A DNA stretch of 30,753 nucleotides from an uncultured Nitrososphaerota archaeon (GCA_964518475.1 CAZFGR010000018.1:1-30753); one strand, 5' to 3'. Positions 9,465 through 18,469 are shown, numbered from the stretch's first letter. Notes: generated by a model from the letters alone, not told the origin. Made by a program: numbers and translations.

Positions 9465-10778
9465 TCACCTCAAATGCTCGGACAATAATTTTCCAAGCTT
9501 AATTATACCCTCTTCTATTAGGTTTTCTGGTAAGTAACTGTAACTTAGTCTCATAGCATTCTCAGGGATTTCTTTTAGTGGCACTATTTCTCGCTTATCT
9601 GGGTCATACATATAACCAAACTGAGGAAGCGGATAGAAGGCAGCTCCAGGTACATAGCTCACATCGTTGGGAATTGCTACCTTTTCTAGGAACACGCTGG
9701 CATTAAAAGTCTTATTAGCTGACTCCCACCAGACAAAGAAGCCGCCGGTGGGATCTGTCCGAAAACCTTCTGGGAAATGCTCATCCATTGTCTTTGTCAT
9801 TACTTTGCATCTTCTCTCGTAACCCCTAATAGTCTCTGGCAGAACTTTATCAATGTATTTTTCGTAGTAAACCTTTAGGATTACTTGATTTATTGTTGGG
9901 GAAGTTAGATCGATGTACCCCTTAGATTTGAGGAAGTTATCAATTAATTCATCTGGTATTACGCAGTAACCTATCCTGAACACCGCAGCTTCCTTTGATG
10001 TTGTTCTTAAATACGCTACCCATCGATTCTCCTTATCAAACGATTTTATAGGTGGTAAGGGTTTCTGGAACTGTATATCTCTATAAGCAGCATCTTCGAC
10101 GAGTAAAATTTTGTTCTCTTCGGCAATTTCGTATAGTCTCTTTCTCCTATTCATTGGTAAAGTTGTTCCTTTAGGATTATCAGAATCGGGAATGACGTAA
10201 ACTATGTCTGGAACTCTCTTAAACGTCTCTATGCTTTTCTTGATAGCTTCCTCCACATACTCGGGAATAATACCCTTATCATCCGATGGAACGGTTACTA
10301 TACGGGCACCAAAACGCATCATTGGTCCTAGGAAGCCTAGATACGCGGGAGCGGGCGTTATTACAACGTCTCCAGGATCTATTAGGATATCACCAAGAAT
10401 GAATAGCGATTGTTGAGAACCCGTAGTTATGATTACTTTATTCTTAGCTTCTTCGTCATCGCTAGGTAATGGGATGTTATCTCTTTCCCTCAACCTCTTC
10501 GCAACGACTTTCCTTAATGGATCGTATCCTGCTGTTTTTTCATAGTTGTACTGATTTATTACTTCAAAATACTTTTTCTCCTGAAGAAGCTTTAATTGCT
10601 CTTGACTAACTTCTTCTAGTATCTTAGCAAAAGTTTCTAGAGGCAGAATACCGGGTTTTCCGCCTGCAAAGTAGTACTTAACGGTGAATTTTAGTAGGCG
10701 TCTGATTTCTGATTCTGGAATAAGTTCAGTCCAGGCAGAAAGTGTATACCTTACATCTTTAAGCCCCATATACATCAC
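9465..10778 (-). CDS. PLP-dependent aminotransferase class I/II (aromatic amino acid/2-aminoadipate type)
   Basis: FAGGKP, ITTGSQQ, NPKG, EDAAY, TTSKE (PLP lysine), RIGY, GGFFVW, RLSYS. Confidence 0.9.
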   Translation of the reverse strand: MMYMGLKDVRYTLSAWTELIPESEIRRLLKFTVKYYFAGGKPGILPLETFAKILEEVSQEQLKLLQEKKYFEVINQYNYEKTAGYDPLRKVVAKRLRERDNIPLPSDDEEAKNKVIITTGSQQSLFILGDILIDPGDVVITPAPAYLGFLGPMMRFGARIVTVPSDDKGIIPEYVEEAIKKSIETFKRVPDIVYVIPDSDNPKGTTLPMNRRKRLYEIAEENKILLVEDAAYRDIQFQKPLPPIKSFDKENRWVAYLRTTSKEAAVFRIGYCVIPDELIDNFLKSKGYIDLTSPTINQVILKVYYEKYIDKVLPETIRGYERRCKVMTKTMDEHFPEGFRTDPTGGFFVWWESANKTFNASVFLEKVAIPNDVSYVPGAAFYPLPQFGYMYDPDKREIVPLKEIPENAMRLSYSYLPENLIEEGIIKLGKLLSEHLR

Positions 10779-11043
10779 GAGGGAGACCTAATTTCAAAAA
10801 TAAATTATTTTTCACGTTTTAAAAAGAACAGATATAGACTATGGCAAGTTTTCCCAGATTGAGAAATAATGATTTGCAATCTCCCGAAAAGTTCGTTAAA
10901 ATTTATGCAGATGCGGCTTTATATTCGAAATTTCCAATAATCTCTACTGCTGGTTTAAAATATCCCTTGTCTCAAGACTTCTATATCTCTCTGGTATAGA
11001 GCACAAAATATGAAGTAATAAAAATAAGGCTTTCCAAGCGTCC

Positions 11044-11814
11044 TTGCTTGAATATCTAGGGCTGATGATTTTGTCGTTAGAGGATTTTCTAAATATTGAA
11101 GAAAGCGCTAAATACAGGGTATTAGAGAACCCAAATCCTTGCGAGATAGTAGATTCTCTAAAAGCTCTCAAAACGTCATACGTTATAACAATCTTCGCTG
11201 AGTGTGAAGCATTTTATAAGGGGAGGGCTCAGAGTTCCTTAGATAGAGGTGAAAGGCTGATCATTATAAAGCCGGATGGTACATTATTGATTCATGATGC
11301 GAGAAATAGAGAGCCCAGAAATTGGCAACCACCAGGTAGTCTAGTTACGTTTCATTGTGATAGGGGTTTACTCGTTATTAAAAGTAAAAGATATAATCCA
11401 AGGGAAGAAGTTCGAGTACTTTGCTTCTCTGTACACTTAGTAATTTTTGCGAGACTTGGTAGTGCTGGCTTTTCATTAAAAGGATCAGAGAAAGAAATGG
11501 CTAAAATGATTAGTCAAAATCCATCGCTGATCGAAGAGGGATTAAGAATCATTAAGAAGGAGGCCAAAACGCCTTACGGTTATGTAGATTTATTAGGAGA
11601 GGATTCTAAGGGTAGGTTAGTGGTTATAGAATTGAAGAGAGGAACGGCTCAAGTAGAGGCGGTCTATCAACTACTGCGTTACGTCGAGTTTTTCCGAGAA
11701 GTAGCAAAAAGAGAAGTGAGGGGGATATTAATAGCACCCAAAATTTCCAAGAATGCTATACTAATTCTGAGGCAACATGGATTAGAATATAAACGTGTAA
11801 GGACGAATCTCTGA
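11044..11814 (+). CDS. nucS: Endonuclease NucS/EndoMS
   Basis: YKGRA, IIKPDGTLLIH, PRNWQPPG, VDLLGED, VIELKR, QLLRY; start possibly at 11065-11071. Confidence 0.95.
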   Translation: MLEYLGLMILSLEDFLNIEESAKYRVLENPNPCEIVDSLKALKTSYVITIFAECEAFYKGRAQSSLDRGERLIIIKPDGTLLIHDARNREPRNWQPPGSLVTFHCDRGLLVIKSKRYNPREEVRVLCFSVHLVIFARLGSAGFSLKGSEKEMAKMISQNPSLIEEGLRIIKKEAKTPYGYVDLLGEDSKGRLVVIELKRGTAQVEAVYQLLRYVEFFREVAKREVRGILIAPKISKNAILILRQHGLEYKRVRTNL

Positions 11815-11838
11815 ATTACTACTTGACTCCATTGAAGC

Positions 11839-12387
11839 TTACGGGGTTTTTCTTCCGTATTCTTCGTAGTGAACAACTTCTTCTAGAGGATATCTTCCCC
11901 TAGGAGGTGGCTGCTCAGCTGGTTTTCCTAGAGGAATAATCGCCACTGGTCTTACATCAGGTGGAATATTCAATATTCTTTTTACTTCTTCTTCCCTAAA
12001 TGCTCCAACCCAACAAGTCCCATATCCTAAGGCATGTGCGGCTAGGAGCATATTTTGGGTCGCTGCTGCAGTATCTTGGATACAGTAAAGTGTTTCGCCA
12101 CGCTCGCCGTATCTACTAGCTGTTCTCGGAATATTAGCACAAACAACAATTACGACGGGAGCTTCTGCTATAAAACGCTGATTTAAAGCAGCTCTAGCGA
12201 TTGCTTCTTTTCTTTCTGGATCTCGTACAACTATGAATTCCCAAGGTTGAAGATTACCAGCGCTAGGAGCCCATCTAGCAGCATCTAGAATCTTGTTTAA
12301 ATCTTCTTCTTTAACTGGATCTGGTAAGAATTTTCTAATACTTCTTCTAGTTTTTATGCACTCAAAAACATCCATTGTCATCACCAA
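11839..12387 (-). CDS. Nitroreductase family protein
   Basis: RRSIRKF, APSAGNLQPWEF, QNMLLAAHALGYGTCWVG. Confidence 0.95.
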   Translation of the reverse strand: MVMTMDVFECIKTRRSIRKFLPDPVKEEDLNKILDAARWAPSAGNLQPWEFIVVRDPERKEAIARAALNQRFIAEAPVVIVVCANIPRTASRYGERGETLYCIQDTAAATQNMLLAAHALGYGTCWVGAFREEEVKRILNIPPDVRPVAIIPLGKPAEQPPPRGRYPLEEVVHYEEYGRKTP

Positions 12388-12428
12388 AACTATTGAGGAT
12401 TAAATGAATATATTTAAAACTAAGGAAT

Positions 12429-12498
12429 CACCATCAGGAGAGGTCAGCTTCGTCATCCCCGCGGATAGTGGGTCAGCTGGAGCGCCCACATCATGATA
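12429..12498 (-). ncRNA. Box C/D guide sRNA (candidate 1)
   Basis: Minus strand reads ATGATGT-gggcgctccag-CTGA-cccactatccgcgggg-ATGACGA-agctgacctctc-CTGA, i.e. C, D', C', D boxes with 11-12 nt guides; possible terminal stem UAUCA/UGGUG; GC-rich island in AT-rich spacer; TTATAA about 26 nt upstream. Confidence 0.8.
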
Positions 12499-12521
12499 CT
12501 ATATTACATGATACTATATTA
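12492..12521. repeat. Perfect 15-bp tandem duplication CATGATACTATATTA x2
   Basis: Read directly: 12492-12506 and 12507-12521. Confidence 0.9.
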
Positions 12522-12563
12522 ATTATAAGTATATTTAGAGTAAATGTCTCAAGTTCCATATCT

Positions 12564-13400
12564 TTAAATATTACAGATTCTGTCTAAACCATTTGTTAAT
12601 ACTTCCGCTAATTTGGGAATATAATACACGTTATAAGGCACATAAAGATATTTCTCACTTCTATTCTCAACCGCCTTCAAGAAAATCATTTTGTGGAATC
12701 GAGGTAATGAGTAAACATGCGTTCTGTGAACATTTTCGAGGCGTCTAAGAATTTTTCTAAGGAGAGTAACATAAATGTTTTTTTCATCTTCACTAACTTT
12801 TTCTGGGGGATAATCATAGTGAGCGGCCGGAAATAGCGTCTCTATCTGGGCTGGAACAAGAACTAGTGGTTCTGAAACGATATAAACCTGTACATATTTA
12901 GAAAGCTCTCGCTTATGCAACATTCTTCTAATCTTAAGTTGCATAAAGCTTCTACTATATGGCTTATGTTTCGAGCAGGGAAGATATAAAGCAATGGGAA
13001 ATGGTATTGGACGCCAGATCTCTAATAAATATTCATGATATATCCTAATTAAGGGGTGTGTAAACAAGTTATCTCCTTTAAGCAATATATCTCCAGGCTC
13101 TGCAAATATGTAGCTACATATTTCATTATGGTCAGTACGACCCCAAAGGCGAACGAGATAGTAGCCCCGAGGAGTGAGCTCGATCCATGAATCATCATCG
13201 TTTGAGAATTCGTAAATCAAAACTAGTTTAAATAGAAGTTTTGTGATCTGCGTTACCTCGTTTTCGGAAAGACCTGTTTTCTCAGTTAATTTCTCAATAA
13301 GATTTCTTTTCGGGATGTATTTTTCTTTGACAAAAACGTGGAGAATTTCAAGGACGTTTTCATCATTAAGCAACTTACTTAATAATTCGCTCTGTTTCAT
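12564..13400 (-). CDS. Winged-helix + DUF5591 (ArcS catalytic-core-like) fusion protein
   Basis: C-terminal LYLPCSKHKPYSRS...VSEPLVLVP..E..FPAAHYDYPP matches the ArcS/DUF5591 signature; N-terminal ~85 aa has a helix-turn-helix/wing pattern ending WIELTPRG. Confidence 0.8.
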   Translation of the reverse strand: MKQSELLSKLLNDENVLEILHVFVKEKYIPKRNLIEKLTEKTGLSENEVTQITKLLFKLVLIYEFSNDDDSWIELTPRGYYLVRLWGRTDHNEICSYIFAEPGDILLKGDNLFTHPLIRIYHEYLLEIWRPIPFPIALYLPCSKHKPYSRSFMQLKIRRMLHKRELSKYVQVYIVSEPLVLVPAQIETLFPAAHYDYPPEKVSEDEKNIYVTLLRKILRRLENVHRTHVYSLPRFHKMIFLKAVENRSEKYLYVPYNVYYIPKLAEVLTNGLDRICNI

Positions 13401-13402
13401 GA

Positions 13403-14530
13403 CTAATTTCCTCGATTCTCATTATTGATTAAGTATATTAGGAGATCCCTCTGTCGAATCTTATCTACATTACTCCAGATTTTTCTGATTTCTTCGGGAG
13501 AGAGCTTAGTAATATAAAGGGCAAGATCATATAATGTGCGAAAGCTTCCTGTTTTGGGAGGCATATACTTGGCCCAGTGAAGTATAACCCATATATTGAA
13601 GATAGCTCTATTCTCAAAAGTGCTGAAAACTGTTCTGTACAAAAACTCCTCTATAGTTTTTTTATCATATTTTGAAAGATGAAATGGAAAATGATCGATA
13701 CCGGAAATAATATCTATTAGCCTATTTAGTTCATCCCGAGAAAGCTTCTTTTTACCAAAATTGATCTCTCTATTTGTCACGTGTCTCTCCCCACCCCATG
13801 GAAGAATTATCTTTCCATAAGCTGCTTTTATACGCCAAGACGCGGAATCGGCAGAGCCTATCCTCAAGGCTCGTAAGATAGAGATTGTAGTAGCTGACCC
13901 TACCCCCATCACGTGTATTTTTTCTCTACCAACTTTAGTAGCTACATACTGGAGAGAAAGTATACCTTTTAGGCGCGACTTCTTTGTTCCTCTGACAGAC
14001 ATTAAGGGAGGCACGAATCCTCCGAAAGCTATTCTTTCACAACTAAACTCCTCCATATAAGTCTTTAGAAGATAGTCATATTCGTCAAGATTGGGTGAAA
14101 AATGGATAACAGGGATTATTGTCTTATCCGGAAATTTCCGCAACAAGTATTCGAAATTTTCAATGTTTTTGCGAATCTTTTTCTTTCTAATATGTAGTGG
14201 GTCGCCTGGGAGAGTAGGATAATCCAAGGATATATAGAAATCCGCATTTATCTCCTCATATATTCTAGCAACCTTCTCGACCGGAGTATTGAGACCTTTC
14301 CGCATTATCTGATAACCACCACTATCTACCCATAATCTAATGTGAGGAGCAAGTTCAAGAAAATTTCTGATGCCTCCACGCGCCTTTATCTTAGCCATAA
14401 TGCCCTTTTTCATCAATAACTCATACGAGCTGATCATCACATCTGTTACAGTATCGGGGAATACTTTCCATGGCTTGATATTTGAAAGTAAAATGTCACC
14501 TATGACAATCGTTGGATGCTCTCTAGACAT
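13403..14530 (-). CDS. tRNA-guanine transglycosylase-fold protein (TGT/DpdA-like paralog)
   Basis: VDSGGYQ, SLDYP, PVIH, AFGGFVP, IHVMGVG, ADSASW motifs; only one Cys seen, so no CxCxxC Zn site; no PUA domain. Confidence 0.85.
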   Translation of the reverse strand: MSREHPTIVIGDILLSNIKPWKVFPDTVTDVMISSYELLMKKGIMAKIKARGGIRNFLELAPHIRLWVDSGGYQIMRKGLNTPVEKVARIYEEINADFYISLDYPTLPGDPLHIRKKKIRKNIENFEYLLRKFPDKTIIPVIHFSPNLDEYDYLLKTYMEEFSCERIAFGGFVPPLMSVRGTKKSRLKGILSLQYVATKVGREKIHVMGVGSATTISILRALRIGSADSASWRIKAAYGKIILPWGGERHVTNREINFGKKKLSRDELNRLIDIISGIDHFPFHLSKYDKKTIEEFLYRTVFSTFENRAIFNIWVILHWAKYMPPKTGSFRTLYDLALYITKLSPEEIRKIWSNVDKIRQRDLLIYLINNENRGN

Positions 14531-14833
14531 TATTTTTCCCCAAGAATGCTCAGAAGAAACGTGTCTGGGATGAACACTCCCTAAATTGCATTTAAAAAGC
14601 TTTGTATCATCTGAAGCTCAATGAACTACGCATTTTTACTTTCAATGGAGTGTATTAACGTTTGTGCAATAAGGTATAGTATCGGTACAAGCGAGTGGGA
14701 AATTGGAATTCTCTGAAGAAAATGAGCTATAATCCTAGCTCTAAATAGTAAGTGTGTAAAGTTTATTAAAAGAAAAAAAGGTGTTTTGTTTCGAGCGTTG
14801 GTGAAAAAACAAATTATCGAAAGGTGAATTATT

Positions 14834-15067
14834 ATGGCACCATTCAAGGTAAAGGTAAACCCCGAGACCTGCATCGGCTGTGGAGTATGCGTCTCTATGG
14901 CTCCAGACATCTTCGAGATGGGTGAGGAAGGAAAATCCACAATAATTGAGAAATGGAGATCTGGCGACAATCCTTACGAGGGAGAAGTAACCGATGAAGG
15001 ACTAAAGGATGCCGCTAAAATGGCTGCGGACAGCTGTCCCACAAACTCCATAACAGTTGAGGAATAA
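14834..15067 (+). CDS. fdx: Single-cluster [4Fe-4S] ferredoxin
   Basis: CIGCGVC...CP; AGGTGA RBS upstream; T-rich run at ~15125-15149 downstream. Confidence 0.92.
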   Translation: MAPFKVKVNPETCIGCGVCVSMAPDIFEMGEEGKSTIIEKWRSGDNPYEGEVTDEGLKDAAKMAADSCPTNSITVEE

Positions 15068-15213
15068 AAAACTGCTGAACATTAACTGACTAGATAGAAA
15101 TCGAAACTAAAAAAGAGTCTCTGTTTTCTATTTCTCCTTTTTTCTTTAGTAAACCAGCATCTTTATATTCTTGGAAAATTTTCTTCGTTCTAAGCATTAG
15201 CTAATTTTTCAAC

Positions 15214-15894
15214 GTGGTTAGAATGTGGGAGGAGCGACATGGAGTAACAATGGCTTTTCGTGAGCAATTCAGGAGAGCTCCTGCTACATTCACTATTATG
15301 CTCCTATGCTCGATAATGCTCATAATTGATTATTTAACTGGAAGATTTTTATTAATTAGATTCGGTCTTTTCCCGTATCTTCTCTTACGGGGAGTTCAGA
15401 TTGAGAGATTGGTTACTAGCATTTTTCTCCATGAAGACTTCATTCACTTATTCCTAAACATGTGGGGACTATACGTTTTTGGAATCCCAGTAGAGAGAGA
15501 GCTAGGTACAATTCGTTTTCTTTTCATATATTTCCTTTCAGGGATCCTAGGGAACATAGTTTTCTCATTCATAGCTGTCTACTGGTATCACTTACCACTC
15601 CTAACAGTGGTTATTGGGGCCTCGGGAGCTATATCTGGAATTCTAGCAACGTTTGTGGTGTTTCATCCTAGAGCGAGACTATTAGTTTTTATATTTATAG
15701 CATTCATCCCTATGACAGCAATAAAGTTTGCTATTTTCTTCCTTGCATTGCAGTTACTATACATGTTAGCTCTAGGGCCTTCAGCAGGTATAGCCTTTTC
15801 AGCCCACATAACCGGATTCATCGTAGGGTGGATTATTGGGAAATACTACTATAGGGTGTTCTGGAGAAGAAGATATGTTTACCATATTTGGTAG
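15214..15894 (+). CDS. Rhomboid intramembrane serine protease
   Basis: FLHEDFIHLFLNM, GASGAISG (catalytic Ser), AHITG (catalytic His); multiple TM helices. Confidence 0.93.
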   Translation: MVRMWEERHGVTMAFREQFRRAPATFTIMLLCSIMLIIDYLTGRFLLIRFGLFPYLLLRGVQIERLVTSIFLHEDFIHLFLNMWGLYVFGIPVERELGTIRFLFIYFLSGILGNIVFSFIAVYWYHLPLLTVVIGASGAISGILATFVVFHPRARLLVFIFIAFIPMTAIKFAIFFLALQLLYMLALGPSAGIAFSAHITGFIVGWIIGKYYYRVFWRRRYVYHIW

Positions 15895-15950
15895 TCAGCT
15901 CTTCTCCTGATCTTCATTCATTCTTCCGCGAAGGGGATCGTCATCATCCT
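15893..15950 (-). ncRNA. Box C/D guide sRNA (candidate 2)
   Basis: Minus strand reads ATGATGA-cgatccccttcg-CGGA-agaatga-ATGAAGA-tcaggagaagag-CTGA: perfect C and D boxes, two 12-nt guides, 53 nt from C to D; AAAAAGCTTTTAA BRE/TATA about 25 nt upstream. Confidence 0.85.
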
Positions 15951-16254
15951 AAAAGAACTAAGTAATCATAGTTAAAAGCTTTTTAAGTCTCTTGCAAAAT
16001 TTCTCCAATTCTTATGCCGAATTAAATGATAGTTACTTTATGGATACATCAAGCTTTTCCGGTTAAGTGATTCGGCTTATGCCTAAGGAACACTAAGGAG
16101 AGCGACTAGGGAACATTAGGAGAAGTAACTTGAATAATCAATAAATGTTATAAAGTAGCTTTTCTTCGAGTCTTAAGGAGTTATTTTAAGTAGTGAATAA
16201 TGAATTATTGGAATTTCAAGTGAGGAGGTTATATGATTCTATAGGTGCTGAGAT

Positions 16255-17964
16255 TTGAGAGAGGATCGTATAATAAGCTATATTTTTCACGATGGTACAG
16301 GATTACTGGTAGAGCTTCGAGAGAGAAGGATAAGAGATCCTATATACGGATATATTTACTTATCTCCAATAGAACGTGTTATTGTGGACTCTGATCTTGT
16401 ACAAAGATTGAGAAGTGTTAGGCAGTTGCAGGTTGCTCACATAGTATATCCTAGCGCTACACATACGAGATTCCATCATAGTTTAGGAGTTATGCATCTT
16501 GGAGGAATGTTTGCTTTTAATTTGATAGCTAATACTGTTGCTAAGCTTGGCTTTAAATTGAAAGAGCTTGGAATAAGGGATGCGAGGGACCTTTTCTCTA
16601 TTATGGAAGGAGTTCGTTTATCTGGGTTATTGCATGATCTTGGACATGGGCCTTTTTCTCACGCGTTTGATTCTGCAGTTATAAAGGAGAGCAAAAAGCT
16701 TTACGAGGCCGGAATATATAATCATGAAGTCCTAGGATATAAGCTATATCAAATATATCTCAGAGATCTTATTCGCCAAGAAACCACGAAAATAAATGAT
16801 GTGTTAGATCCCGATGTTGTTATAGAGACTATGGACTATATCTTAGCTCCTCACGAGCTTATGGGAAATATGAGAGGAACTAGAGGAATTATCAAAATAC
16901 TGAGAAGAGTTATTAGAGACGCTTTTTTCTCAGCCGATATTCTAGATTTCATCCTTAGAGATTCTTATTATACAGGTGTTATAGAATACGGAACTGTTGA
17001 TTATAGGAGACTAATAACTAATGCGTACTTAATCCCACCAGAGTCTCCCTGGGGTGAATTTGAAATAGTTTTTTCAGATCGAGTTAGAGATACTATAAGA
17101 AACGCACTATTTTCTAGGTTCTGGCTCTACAACAGTGTGTATCTACACAAGACTGTAAGATTATTCGAGCGAGATCTAAAAGAACTTATGGGATTGCTGA
17201 GACCGGTGTTTGAGCAGATAATATTAGAAGCCGTAGAAAGGGGGCACAAGGACGATTTTCTAAGGTTAACAGATGATAATTTGTTGGAATATTTCCCAGA
17301 GAAGTATTTAGAGAAAGATAGTGATGAGAGAAAGAAGGCTGAAGAGATAATATCAGCTATAAAGAGAAGAGAGAAGAGATGGAAACTATTACATGCTGAA
17401 GAAGTCTCACTCAAACCTGAAATTAAGGATAAGGTCGATAAGGTACTACACGATAATAAAGAGAAACTAAAAGATCCCACAGAGTTAAGAGCATATTATG
17501 AGGAGAAGGAGCGAGAACTAGGGGAGTTGATAAGAGAGTTAAAGGAACGAGTAGCGAGGATTATTAAGAAGTACCATGATGAAATCAGAGAAGAGGATAT
17601 CTGGATAGATCTTCCGCCAATAAAATTCGTTCCAATAATATCACATGCATTAGTAGAGGGAGAACCAGTTATTAAGTTCATTACTACTGTTCCAAAGAAG
17701 CTAAAGGAGACAAAGAAGCTGAAGGAGAATCTCCGTAACTTTATAAAAGAGGAGAGAATAGGAGAACTGCTTTACGCGTGGCCTCAAATAATAACTCCTA
17801 TGAGGATTTATATAAGGAAAAGCAAAGAGCTAGAAAGGATTTTTGGGAGGTTAAAAAGGGCTATGAATCAGTTTATTCAGACAAAAGATTATGCTAATCT
17901 TCGAGATCGAATAATAGAGTTACAGTACATGATAGCAAGACTAGAGCTACCAGAAACGGCTTAA
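16255..17964 (+). CDS. HD-domain phosphohydrolase (SAMHD1/YwfO-like dNTP triphosphohydrolase)
   Basis: IRDPIYG, QRLRSVRQL, HTRFHHSLG, LLHDLGHGPFSH, HE, DILDFILRD, VYLHK. Confidence 0.9.
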   Translation: MREDRIISYIFHDGTGLLVELRERRIRDPIYGYIYLSPIERVIVDSDLVQRLRSVRQLQVAHIVYPSATHTRFHHSLGVMHLGGMFAFNLIANTVAKLGFKLKELGIRDARDLFSIMEGVRLSGLLHDLGHGPFSHAFDSAVIKESKKLYEAGIYNHEVLGYKLYQIYLRDLIRQETTKINDVLDPDVVIETMDYILAPHELMGNMRGTRGIIKILRRVIRDAFFSADILDFILRDSYYTGVIEYGTVDYRRLITNAYLIPPESPWGEFEIVFSDRVRDTIRNALFSRFWLYNSVYLHKTVRLFERDLKELMGLLRPVFEQIILEAVERGHKDDFLRLTDDNLLEYFPEKYLEKDSDERKKAEEIISAIKRREKRWKLLHAEEVSLKPEIKDKVDKVLHDNKEKLKDPTELRAYYEEKERELGELIRELKERVARIIKKYHDEIREEDIWIDLPPIKFVPIISHALVEGEPVIKFITTVPKKLKETKKLKENLRNFIKEERIGELLYAWPQIITPMRIYIRKSKELERIFGRLKRAMNQFIQTKDYANLRDRIIELQYMIARLELPETA

Positions 17965-17968
17965 AGAG

Positions 17969-18469
17969 CTATTTCTTTATTTCCATCAGAATCTTTTGAG
18001 TCACCGCTGATGCCGCGGTTTCTCTCTTCTCAACTTCGCCTCGATACAAATCTTTTGCTATTTTATCAATGTCTCCTAGAGAAAAATTCTCTAGGATGTA
18101 ATTCAGTATTGTTTCAACGTCTTTTAAGAATTCATTTAATGGTGTTTTCTGGTAATTGTTGAGGATCTCTAAACCCTTAACGGCTACTTGAAATCCAACA
18201 TCAGTTTTCACTATTAACCTATTATTTATCATGTTAGAGATTATCCTAACAATGTCCCGAGATTTTAACCCTAGACGGGATATATTATCTACTCTAAAAT
18301 CTAGATATTTATCGGCCAAGTTTCCAATATTTCTCTTAAGCACATGCTTTACTAAATACAATGTATTGCTTATGTCTTCTATCAATATCTTGTTTGTTGT
18401 GAGCGGTTGCTTTTCGTTGAAGATTTTGAGCATGAGTAAGATAGATGCTTTTATTGCGTCATAGGTCAC
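17969..18469 (-). CDS. Winged-helix protein, possibly YwgA/DUF4065-like
   Basis: Pattern TLYL...F....GLKSRDI..IISNM...LI...FQVAVKG resembles the LYL..F..GPYS..L..L..LI..Y.LT.KG family pattern. Confidence 0.55.
   Translation of the reverse strand: MTYDAIKASILLMLKIFNEKQPLTTNKILIEDISNTLYLVKHVLKRNIGNLADKYLDFRVDNISRLGLKSRDIVRIISNMINNRLIVKTDVGFQVAVKGLEILNNYQKTPLNEFLKDVETILNYILENFSLGDIDKIAKDLYRGEVEKRETAASAVTQKILMEIKK

Noticed and set aside
12461-12495. tRNA or tRNA half on the plus strand (GTGGGTCAGCTGGAGCGCCCAC looks like a D-arm)
   Set aside because: No anticodon arm, T-arm or acceptor stem; better explained as the antisense of a C/D sRNA guide
14626-14970. 114-aa minus-strand ORF
   Set aside because: Antisense shadow of the ferredoxin gene and its promoter; no motif
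16083-16123. Degenerate CRISPR repeat
   Set aside because: Only two imperfect copies 4 nt apart, no spacer-length gap, no cas genes
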